A DNA stretch of 62,801 nt, counting the filler, from Phoronis australis (lineage: Eukaryota; Animalia; Phoronida), in assembly GCA_002633005.1 (NCBI GenBank). It is 6 parts of 6 records of this genome, joined end to end, with 100 filler letters (N's around TTAATTAATTAA, not from the genome) between each part and the next. Parts side by side here need not be neighbours in the genome. Positions count along the whole stretch, not along the records: positions 50,116 to 56,230 come from NMRA01002222.1; positions 56,331 to 60,360 come from NMRA01002740.1; positions 60,461 to 62,801 come from NMRA01003729.1; 3 more parts are not named here. One strand, written 5' to 3'. This document shows, in pieces, positions 52,768 through 62,801 of this stretch; the first letter of the stretch is position 1, and each line of letters opens with the position of its first letter. The notes beneath the pieces are model-generated. The model did not search any database, was not told the origin of the DNA, and saw nothing but the letters and a program-made list of their open reading frames with translations. The translations under genes and the position numbers were made by a program.

Positions 52768-53374
52768 CTAGCCGGTGACGCCTTGAGCGACTACCAAGCA
52801 CCTGGTGTAAAATTGACACCCCTTGTACCCCTTGTCAAGCTGACCTGGAAGTACCGATGTTTAAGGAGTAACTCAGCTACCATTTCGGTCGCCGTGTAAA
52901 AAACTTTTCCGATCGATCCCCGACTGGGACGGTTGCTAATTCCGTTTTCTATAGCTTAAATAGATTAAAGTATGTCAAATCCCTAGACGGAATGTTCACC
53001 TGAATCGAGAGAAAGAATGAATGCAGTTTGATGTGCCTTGGTCAAGAATACCTGCATTTAATTAACATGAATTAGTTTTGCGTACTCACGTCTTTGTTGC
53101 CGCTACAGTGTACATGCCACAGTAGCTATTGATAACAATGTTAATTTTATGATTAGTAGGTCATTTGAAAAGGCAACCAATGTTTGATTTGTCTTTAAAA
53201 TGTAAATTAGTCACAAGACATCAATGTCAACGAGATGGGACAGCTACACTGTATGGTGGCCGGAGATGAGTGCTTCGACATCACATTTCGAAACGTGAAA
53301 AATTTTATAACTGGTCCTCCTCTCGGACTATGATAGTCCGAGGTATCGTGAACAGAAAGTGTTTTCTTTTTCAG

Positions 53375-53542
53375 AATATCTTGGGAAACACCAGTGAAAG
53401 ACATTCTGCCGGATTTTGAGCTAGAGACTGAGTTCTTGACGCAGACGATCACAATTACGGATATCGCGGCGCACAGGACTGGAATCATATCGAATGACCT
53501 CCCTTGGTTACTTGATGAACTCAACAGGGACGACCTGTTCAG
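53375..53542 (+). CDS. Beta-lactamase-family protein, exon 2
   Basis: tttttcag acceptor in phase 2 with exon 1. Encodes GISWETPVKDILPDF...ITITDIAAHRTG (family motif). Probable GC donor AG|gcaagt. Confidence 0.82.
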
Positions 53543-53548
53543 GCAAGT

Positions 53549-53928
53549 GTCGTTGGCCAAATGGATGAACGTTACGCACGTAAATTACGTGGCATAAATT
53601 AATTCTTGTTAGTGACGTAAATTAATCATTGACGGCGTGAATTAATTATTGGCGGTGTAACTTTATTATTTTGCGGAGTAAATTAACTTTTAACTGCGTA
53701 CATTAATTATTTGAGGCGTAAATCAACATTTAAGGGCGTAACTTATTTATTTTGCAGCGTAAATTAACTTTTGACGGCGTAGATTAATTCTTGTTTGTGG
53801 CGTAAATTTATCATTTTGCGGCGTAAATTAATTCTTGTTAGTGACGTAAATTAATTATTTCGGCGTAAATTAAAGTTAATTTACGCACGTAATTTACGTG
53901 CGTAACGTCCACCCACTTGGCCAACGAT
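53549..53928. mobile_element. MITE with ~43-bp TIRs, internal GCGTAAATTAA tandem repeats and 8-bp TSD AGGCAAGT
   Basis: gtcgttggccaaatggatgaacgttacgcacgtaaattacgtg / cacgtaatttacgtgcgtaacgtccacccacttggccaacgat; aggcaagt at 53541-53548 and 53929-53936. Confidence 0.88.
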
Positions 53929-55090
53929 AGGCAAGTTACGGCCGTTCAAGGAGAGCGGTAGTCCTGTTGGATTAGCTAGACGGACCAATGTTTGGGTGTT
54001 TGGTTGAGTGACACGTTGTTTCCAAGCATCGACTGAAAGCACCAAAAGGTCGACCCTAGGGTTACCGACTCAGATCTATGAAAAAAGTTGTGTGTAACAT
54101 ACACCTTGGTGGGATATGTTCAAAGTGTTTATTTGAAAATTTTGGGCCATTATTTGTTAAGTTAGAGCATCATGAATATTTTGGCCCAAAACGACCCATT
54201 TTTGATTCAAAAAGATTCAGTTAGTGAAGTTGTTTTAAAACGTCTTAAAAGAACGGAAAATAAAAAATCCTTATAATCTTTGTGTACATATTGAATCTCT
54301 GTATCAGAAGACAAGGGTTTCCGTTAACCTTAACTGGAGCGCCGAAATTCGGTAAATTTTGCCCAATTTTGTGTGTTTGATTTTTCGTCATTTTTAGGTG
54401 CTCTGGGGGCCAGTTTGCGGGGTTCTGGTGATATCCAATAATATTTTTCATCAGTTTGCTGACAAAATAAAATAAATGGGTTTTTTGTTTGCTTTCATGC
54501 AACAGCCCATAGAAAAGACATTCCATCGCGTGTTTTACGGCGCCTGACTACGGGCCATATGCAGCTGTATCTCATAAACCTCATAAAAGGCTTCATTAAT
54601 TTTTGCAAATATGTCTCTATGACGGTCAAATCAGTCGACGTCAGTATTTAGATACTTTGACAACTGCTGGCCCCCCGGTGGCAGTTTATATAACTAGATT
54701 TTTTGGTGAAATTTCATGAAATTTGGCCAAACATTTCCATCGAAAAACCAAGCCACATGCATTTTTGAGAACGACGTTTCAATATTAATCTAATTCTGTT
54801 ATGAAATTTTGTTTTCTTTCTACTATTGTACCTGAAGAAGACTTTTGATTAATATCGAAACGCCGTTTACATGCTGCACTGTAGCATCGTTTTTGTTTTC
54901 CACTTCTTGCTTCTAATTTGGCCAAAAACTAATATTATTTACATGCATGTTTTCCAATGAGTCTAACCTGTGATGCCACACCAGTGACAGTTTTAGCATT
55001 TTGGAAATCGTTCATATGTCTAACCCGTGCTTCCCGTCAGCTGCTAACTGGTGCCCTAGTAACGTCCATCTTATTACCGGATTATCATTA

Positions 55091-55345
55091 CGTGCGCGCA
55101 ACCAGCGGGTGCTCGGGGGGCTCGAACGAGCCCCCCCCCCCCATTTGGCGAAGTGGGCAAAAAGATCCGCCCCCGAGAGACAAAAAGTCCGAGGAAATGG
55201 GACAAAAATTTCACTAATTAAGCCAAATGCGGAATTCACTGGGGTGCTTCGGTTTTTTTTTTTAGTCCGCCCGCTCTTTTGTAAGCAAAAGGTCCACAAC
55301 GCCGGGGAATTCGATCCCTCCCAGATTGAAGGCTGGGTGCGCTTG
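55091..55345. mobile_element. MITE with G/C-run termini
   Basis: gcgcgcaaccagc ... gctgggtgcgc inverted ends; related to 51360-51678. Confidence 0.5.
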
Positions 55346-56230
55346 CATTTCTTAATAATATATAAAGTCACACAATGTGAGTTTTGTCATTTTTACACGA
55401 TGCTAATTGTTTAACCGATGCCTCCCAAATCTGTTGTTGTCACTTGTTGTCACACTCTCACGAGAGACAAAAATGACATTTCTTAAAAATATTGGTTGCA
55501 CGGGTTTCAAAATTTTCATTGTAGCTAAGGCTTACACCCAGCAAAGTGATCTCAGAACAAATTAGTACGCAAACTAAAATGATCCTAACAGCCTTTTGTC
55601 ACAGTAAGTAACTTAGAATGTGTTTTGGAATTTTTTGAGGATTAGGGACTGAACCAAGTTCACCTTAACTATGAAAGTAGACATACACAATTGTTACCAT
55701 GGCGACTGAGTACCGTAAAAGCTTCCTCCTTAAACTAGAATTTGACAAGCATGATAATAAATAATATGAAGCTATAAGGCAGAAGGATTCACACTTCATA
55801 ATCCAAGTTTAACCCATTTCTGTAAATCAAAGAAGATTTTTCACACTTTGTTACTTTAATATATCTTAAAGTAGAAAGTAATCAGTTACAAGACATGAAT
55901 CAAAATCCTATTTTATGCATGGAATTTAGAAAAATATGTGTCCTAATGTGAACATAATCATACTTTCAACAGAAGTTGGCTTTCAAACAAAAAACGATTT
56001 TAAAACAATTTCAACAGAATTCAGCGGAGTGCAAGGCCAATTCGATTGGCACTTCATATTTAAAGAAACAGCAGATTCATAATAGTTAGGGCAAAAGCAC
56101 CCGAAAACTGTACAAAAGCGCTTTGTGTAGCAGTGTGCATACACATGTATGATGCTTAAATCTTCATCCATGACAATGTAGCCGGTTGAACATGCCTTTC
56201 AGTTCAGAAAATCGCCATGTTGTCCAACGT

Positions 56231-56330
56231 NNNNNNNNNNNNNNNNNNNNNNNNNNNNNNNNNNNNNNNNNNNNTTAATTAATTAANNNNNNNNNNNNNN
56301 NNNNNNNNNNNNNNNNNNNNNNNNNNNNNN
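56231..56330. other. Artificial contig spacer
   Basis: 44 N + TTAATTAATTAA + 44 N. Confidence 0.97.
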
Positions 56331-57260
56331 TTTTGTATTCACCTCATGCTTGGCTACCTAGCCCAGCCGCTACAGTACAGGGCAAAAGTATTCTGACAAA
56401 ATGACCTGCAATTTCCTGTCACAACAGCTGGGCGGAAGCCAAACTCATTGTCAGAGTAGTCTCCCCTGATGACCAAAAATTCAGGGGAATTAACAAGAAA
56501 ATTTCACCAGGTCACCAAGCCATTCTGTAATTAGGAATGTGTTGACATAATACTAGATACCAGTCATTTTTGCTGTAAGGTGGCTAAGCCAATTCTGCAA
56601 TTAGATTTTTGTCCACGTAATAGTAATTGTTATAATAAGCCATTCCTGTTGTTAACGGAATTATCTACCATGACAGGGAAACAGTGCTATGTCTGATTAC
56701 TTTTGTCTGGTACTGTACATGGCCTATTGATTACTTTTGTCTTGTACTGTATGTCTCACTTCATACCTGGTAATCAGCATACAAACTGTCAGCCACATCC
56801 TGCACACGCCCGGACACATGGCCAATGTAAATGTTGTGAACACCATTGTGTTTTGTGTAGTCTATCACCTGAGATAAAGTGGAATCTGAAACAAAAAGGA
56901 ATGACGCAAATTTCTTTTAAAATGCTCCAAATCCTTTTATGATCACAGAAACAAATCGTGCGTCCGGCAATAACATCTGGATGTAAATAATCACACGGAT
57001 GCTTTTAATCTAAAATCACGAACATTCATAGAAACCAATATGACATCCACAGTCAAGGACATTTTTGCAAGCATACAATTGAATCCCGTTTATGTGATCT
57101 TTTGGCTAAAAACATTTCTCAGATTTTCTGACAAGGCCTTTCAGCCCAAGAACTCTACTGTCAAAAACAAGTTCCAAAACATTTCACCAAACATTGAAAT
57201 TATAGCAGTTGCAACATCCAGTCATTTGCCACAACTAACAACGAATGAGTCTTTCATCCT

Positions 57261-57502
57261 TCAAAAATCCTTTAAGCTCAGTCTTCCACCAGTCCTAAGT
57301 AAATATTGGTCAGTGTCTAAACAAATCGCTACAGTGTACTTGCTTGTAGTGACAAGCGCCACCGTTGTCTTGTCTTTGTGTACGTCAGCCACTGCGATAA
57401 CTGTGGCTCCAGTTCCCACCTCAACGAAGCTGCCATCATGCAAATCGCGGTCAATATACGAGTAGAAAGAGAGCTGCTGGAGCACTCCATCGTTACCGAA
57501 AT
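57261..57502 (-). CDS. Candidate terminal exon of an unidentified gene
   Basis: tattttag acceptor at 57503, then open phase-1 frame DFGNDGVLQQLSFYSYIDRDLHDGSFVEVGTG...LSLKDF* with raised GC relative to flanks. Family not recognised. Confidence 0.5.
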
Positions 57503-59384
57503 CTAAAATAACATAGTAGTAGTATTAGTCGCAATAGCAGTACATTTTCCTTCGACTCAATTATTACACAAAAACCGAACCCAAATGATGTGAGGTCCTG
57601 TAAAGGCCATTTACATACCATCTACTCCTTTTGAGAGGCAAACCAAATGAAAACAAAAAATACGATAGAGGCAATATAAAGTTTGAGATTAATAAAGTGC
57701 CAAGCAAGTTGTTTTTAAATAAGTGTTTTTGGTGAAGTGATCTGAAACAAACCACTGACCAGTGCTCAGTTGGTATGCTGACGTAGTTTAGAGAATAACA
57801 TTACACAAGGTGGGTTATAAGTGACCACCAAGTAAGTCACCTTTTAAAAGATTGGCTAGTGTATTATTTGTTGAAATAGCATTACTTTGCAGATTTTACT
57901 ATTTAAGGGCCAGTACACAAACAGAACAGCAAATAGCTCACCATGTATGCAGTAAACTGAATCGTGAGCATTTTACCCTCTTTTACCTGGCCAGTGTCAC
58001 TCCTCACAGCAGGCAGGTAAGTTGAGGTAAGCGCTCAGAAGATTATTGTTGATAGCCAAATGAAAACTACTTCATCACTCCACACTTTAACATATCTTTC
58101 TGGCTCGCTTATTGTAACCAAGAGTATTCCGCTGATTACAACAAACCTAACTGAGCATTTTGTCTTCCTGTGCAGGTAACAATGACCTCAGGTTCATCTG
58201 AGTTGAGTCAGAAAACTGAACTTATAGCTTTCTGTCAGTGAAGTCCCTTAATGAAATACCTAATGCAACAAAAAATAATTAGACCAAACCCTATTCCTTA
58301 TTTAAACAGTCGAACAAATTCATGGCTTACAAATAAAGTTATTTCACAGCTCACTTACCTGGCTTCTTTAAACATGTACCGTACTTGCATGCTCCTAACT
58401 ATGCTAATGTATAGCAGGAACTAAACCACAAAGCTATTTGAATATCATCTATGCTAAACAAAGTGCAGTTGTATTCATTGACAATTGGTAAATATGAAAA
58501 CAAAAAATTCTGTAAATAGCTGACCTTTGCACCAATGACGAACCTCGCAGTGTTATTCCCCAGCACCACGTCAGGATACTTACTGGACATGATTCATTGA
58601 TTTGTGGCGGATCATTTTTGCCATAAAATTCGTTCTTAAAAACACTTGGCAATTTTCAACCTGCTTCATACTCTCATCGTCACTATATGTTGTGTTCCTA
58701 AACAATTTGGCCAAGCAGTCACTTGGATAAGGAATTAGCCTGCAAGTTCAACTTTAAACAGAATTTACTCGATAACAAGAGCAACACAAAGCACTGAAAG
58801 GCACACACAAACCTGCACTGCAAGTGGTAAGCTTTTAGAAATGTTTATTAGAATCAGGCAATAATGTAAAATAAAAAGGACACTAGATGCTTAGCATAAG
58901 ATAAATCCATCTGAAATAAGGCACAATTACTGGCATCTCCCTGTAAGAAACTAATTAGTTAAAATTCTATGAATATTCAACAAGGAATTTGGTAAACATG
59001 GAGTCTAAAGTCATGGTTCTGGTCTATGCATGTTTTCCAAAAAACAAAAAATGGAATGGGCCAGGTATGATGACAATTATGAGAACCGAATAAGGATTGA
59101 CGTGGATGGTGTCCATTAGTTCTTTGAAATTACTTCAACAGTAATCAAGTCCAGACATCTGGCTTCTACTGTTTTACCCACATCCAGAAGTTCCGCCATT
59201 TTGAAAGCTTTTCCGTGCTCAAACAGTAATTTTTTCTTCAAATACAGGTACTCGGTACCCATGGAAATTGGAAAAATCCGACTGATAATGACATCTTGTA
59301 TCCTAAATTTCTGGAACCTAGACGTCAAGAACATTTGGAACCTTGTTTATGTGGGCACATATACTAACATGACGGCATACAAAC

Positions 59385-59469
59385 CATTCTGAAAAGCTGT
59401 TCCATCTTTCAATGTGGAGGAGAGTATATCCAATGGACTACTTTCTATTAGCTGTTCTTTAAGTTTATC
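59385..59469 (-). CDS. Candidate internal exon of the same unidentified gene
   Basis: catttcag acceptor, DKLKEQLIESSPLDILSSTLKDGTAFQN, G|gtttgt donor. The phase-1 end is compatible with the 57502 acceptor. Confidence 0.35.
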
Positions 59470-59606
59470 CTGAAATGAATGCAATTCGAGCCAGTAGTCA
59501 GTTATTCGAAATTACTCTGATGCTTAGGTGTAGCAAAAATGGTCAACTTTAAAGTACGATGAAATAAAAATGAAGCACTTGGTAAATTAAGCCAAAAAAA
59601 CACAAC

Positions 59607-59860
59607 CAGGCCTTTTTCCAGGATTTCGAAAATAGGGGGTCCAAAATGGGGTTCCCAATATTCCAGGGCGTCCATGATTCCGATGCGTAACCCCCACTCC
59701 CAGGACCATTCACCAGCAATCCCCCCAACGCACAGTTTTTTACAAAAAAAATGCGTAAACCAAAGTTTTTACATCTAAGTTTACAAAACAGAGTTCTGTA
59801 GAGAGCTTCTTTACTAAAAAACTGTGTAGACCAAGACTTTTACATCTAAATTTCAGAAAA
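59607..59860. mobile_element. Left part of a second copy of the 2991-3516 MITE
   Basis: caggcctttttccaggatttcgaaaatagggggtccaaaatggggttcc...tagaccaagactttta is collinear with 2991-3215. Confidence 0.75.
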
Positions 59861-60360
59861 CAGCCAAGTAGCTTACCAAACAAATATTAGAGATATTGGT
59901 TTAACGATGACTGCACTATGTTTTTGGTGATTTCAAGTCAAATTGATGTTATAAAGTTTGTCGTATCATTTTAATTAGCTTTAATATTCTGTAAAATGAG
60001 GCATCAGAGCTGCCAAGAAAAGTACACAGGGTTAAACTTTTTTGTGACTGTCGCCAAATTAAATCAAAATATTGCACACACGCACGCACACACCAATAAT
60101 CTTAAATGGTACCAGTCAATGAAAAGATGCCCAATCCCCTTATCAAATGCGAAACAATGAAAATAACCTTATTCAACAACAAAAGTGAAATATCACTAAC
60201 TGATTTAATAATCTCAAAATTCATCAGAAAATCATTTAGCAGTTGTTTACAGTATGAATGAACCAAACAAAAATAGTAGTAAAATAAAATTGTCCCATGA
60301 AAAGGCCTTCCCAAGTTGAAATCGCAAACTCCAAACTGACACAAATAAATCAAAATACAG

Positions 60361-60460
60361 NNNNNNNNNNNNNNNNNNNNNNNNNNNNNNNNNNNNNNNN
60401 NNNNTTAATTAATTAANNNNNNNNNNNNNNNNNNNNNNNNNNNNNNNNNNNNNNNNNNNN
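60361..60460. other. Artificial contig spacer
   Basis: 44 N + TTAATTAATTAA + 44 N. Confidence 0.97.
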
Positions 60461-61858
60461 AATAATACCTCTTCATACCAGAGGCAGATATGTTATTTAG
60501 CATTCTTTTTTTCTGTAAAACGTGGGTGCATTTTGCTATTGTCTCTGTTCGACCATCGGCCTTTCAGATCTATATCTACCATGTTCTTTCATTCATAGAT
60601 TTCCACGTGGCATGTATATTCTTATCATGGAGAGGATAGCAACTACTGATTTTCAGACAGATGTGAAGTGGTGCACCCTCCGGTGGTGATTAGAATAGTT
60701 TGGTTCTGTTTTTGCTATCCACCATTCGGTCTACTAAACCTCTTGAAAAAGCATTGGAAAATTTGGTGCATGGGTTGTTATAGAAGAGAGCATAGCTGAC
60801 ATTGACTTTGGTGGAACTGATCTGATTACCGTTGTGCCTACTAAGTGACAGTTTTGGATTTTCTTTGTGTCTACTCAATATCTTATCAAAGTCTTCTTGG
60901 TAAATCTTTATGAAAGTTGGCAGTTGTAGTGTTGCCAATTAGACGATGATGCCTACCTATTTTTAGACTACTTTGTTTACTGTTGTGACCCCTTTAAGGC
61001 CAATTTTATTTGTTTGATGTTGGTTTTTATTGTATGCCTCCATCTTTTAAGTACCTAGTTGATGAATTTTGAAGAAATTTGGCAGACATGTTTTGAAGGG
61101 AGAATCACGTTTTCATTTTTTATGCGCCAACAGTCCGTGTTGCTCTTGCAGATGAATATTATAGATGCTGGTCAATGTTTAGCACCTGCTGTTACCTACT
61201 GAACAAGTTGAGGTGTAATAAAATTAGGCACTTGATGTTAAGGCTAGCATATTTGACAGATGTGACTACTCAATGCTGTTATGCCTCCTACTGGCAGTTT
61301 CAGGAACCAAGCATGGAACTTCAGATGTTTAAATTGTCATTGTGTAAAGCTGTTGTGTGTAACTCTTCCAATAATGTCACTGGCTTTGGTAACTAAATGC
61401 CAGATTTGCTTAATGTGTTTAATTTGACATGTCATGCTGAAGATAATACTCCTAAGAAGAAAAACATGCTATCTTGCAATTTTGTATGTAGCATTATCTT
61501 ACTTGTATTTTAAAGAGGCGTGGCAGAATAGCTCGATTTACTCAGCAATATTATACTACGGTAAGTGTTGTGTTTCGATGACTCTTTCAGGACATGACAT
61601 AACTTGAATTGTAGAAGAGGCGATGGGGGAACCCGTGGTTTTAAAATGGCTGTTGTTATCATGTTGTTTGCTTACTTTTTTAGGATAGGGCGTATGAAGA
61701 CAGTCCCCAAAGTATGAGTGAGGACTCGGAGGATGATGAGCGATTGGACTTGGACCTGTCTGCTGATAATAAGGACACTTTTGTTCTAGAGGTATTGCAT
61801 TGGCCCACACTGCTGTTGTTAGGTCGACTTGTGTTATAACGTGCAAAGACATAATAAA

Positions 61859-62366
61859 CAGGGCTTGGAATTTTCCGCGGAAACGCGGATTTCCGCTTTT
61901 TTCAAATGTGTTTTCCGCTTTTTTTATAATATTTCCGTGTAAAAAATCGGATTTGAGATATAAAATTTCCGCGGCAAATTCCTTTCTTACCGCGGCGTTG
62001 CAGACGACGTTCACCTCGAAAAGCGGAAGTTGCTCTTTATGTTTCGGAGGAACGTAAATTGTCAACATTGCCGGGACATCTGGGACAGCGTGGTGGGATT
62101 TTCAATGGCGTCTCGTGTTATTGTTAAGCGCGGCGACAAATACTACCGCTCTGCAGCCAAAAATGTGTGGGTTGGGAGTGGACGGGCGAGCTGAAAGGAT
62201 GCAGACGCATGCTACTGATGGTGGTAACGCTTTTTTTTTTAGTCCTCCCGATTTTTGTCGGGGAAAAGTTCACATTGACCATTTCAAGGCTGGTTATCGG
62301 GCATGATTTGGGCCGTAAAAGTTTCAAAGTTTCCGCGTTTTTTGTCATTGGTCATTCCAAGCCCTG
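61859..62366. mobile_element. hAT-like MITE with perfect 13-bp TIR CAGGGCTTGGAAT
   Basis: cagggcttggaat ... attccaagccctg, with subterminal TTTCCGC repeats; aataaa directly flanks both ends. Confidence 0.85.
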
Positions 62367-62801
62367 AATAAAATGGAAAATTAAACTGCTAAAATATTTT
62401 TATAATATATGGATCATAGTATCCAAAATTTTTTTAGTTTAGCTTATGGCACGTTGCTACGGATCTTTATAGAAGACAGCTAGAAAATCCTTAGATGCCA
62501 CATGCGCCACACTGCAGTGACTAAGTAACTAATGCATTGGCCATGGGCACAATTGTCACCTTATTGCAGGTCGTGTATTTTGATAAATTCACTGTTTGAA
62601 CATAGCTCGATTTGCAACAAAGTAACAAATAAGATAAGTTACTGTTCTGCCTTTTTTGTTGAAAAATCGCGTGCAGTAGAATATCCGAACGAGATGACAC
62701 ATACACTTTCATTGCTGCTTAAGATAGGACCTGTTCATTATGCAGTGTTGATATCATGGAAGAGTGTTTGTTCATTCGGGTGTTTTTATTATGGAAAAAG
62801 A

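Noticed and set aside
53549-53928. Short periodic repeats resembling a CRISPR array
   Set aside because: Degenerate ~22-24-bp tandem units without unique spacers, inside a TIR/TSD-bounded MITE in eukaryotic DNA; no cas genes.
61556-62068. 170-aa minus-strand ORF
   Set aside because: The 5' part lies in the MITE, it uses a non-ATG start, and no domain is recognisable.

Overview
AT-rich, intron-containing animal genomic DNA, most likely an invertebrate. It is not prokaryotic, so most ORFs in the supplied track are spurious or overrun splice sites. The window is six contigs joined by artificial 100-bp spacers (44 N + TTAATTAATTAA + 44 N), so gene order across gaps is unproven. Contig 1 holds the 3' end of a tandem-repeat C2H2 zinc-finger ORF, many non-autonomous DNA transposons (including a THAP-bearing Kolobok-type element with ~310-bp inverted arms) and exon 1 of EMC1. 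Contig 2 holds four internal exons of an SLC16/MCT-like MFS transporter, bracketed by two inverted copies of a second Kolobok-type element. Contig 3 is a ~22-kb minus-strand array of 186-bp, phase 1-1 Sushi/CCP exons: two intact types plus decayed and chimeric pseudoexons, duplicated with their introns in a ~10-kb higher-order repeat. This array is the most striking structure. Contig 4 holds the first two exons of a secreted SxxK serine beta-lactamase-family gene, whose GC splice donor was duplicated as a MITE target site, and two overlapping perfect palindromes. Contigs 5-6 hold candidate exons of an unidentified minus-strand gene and further MITEs. All calls are by-eye reading, with no database searches.
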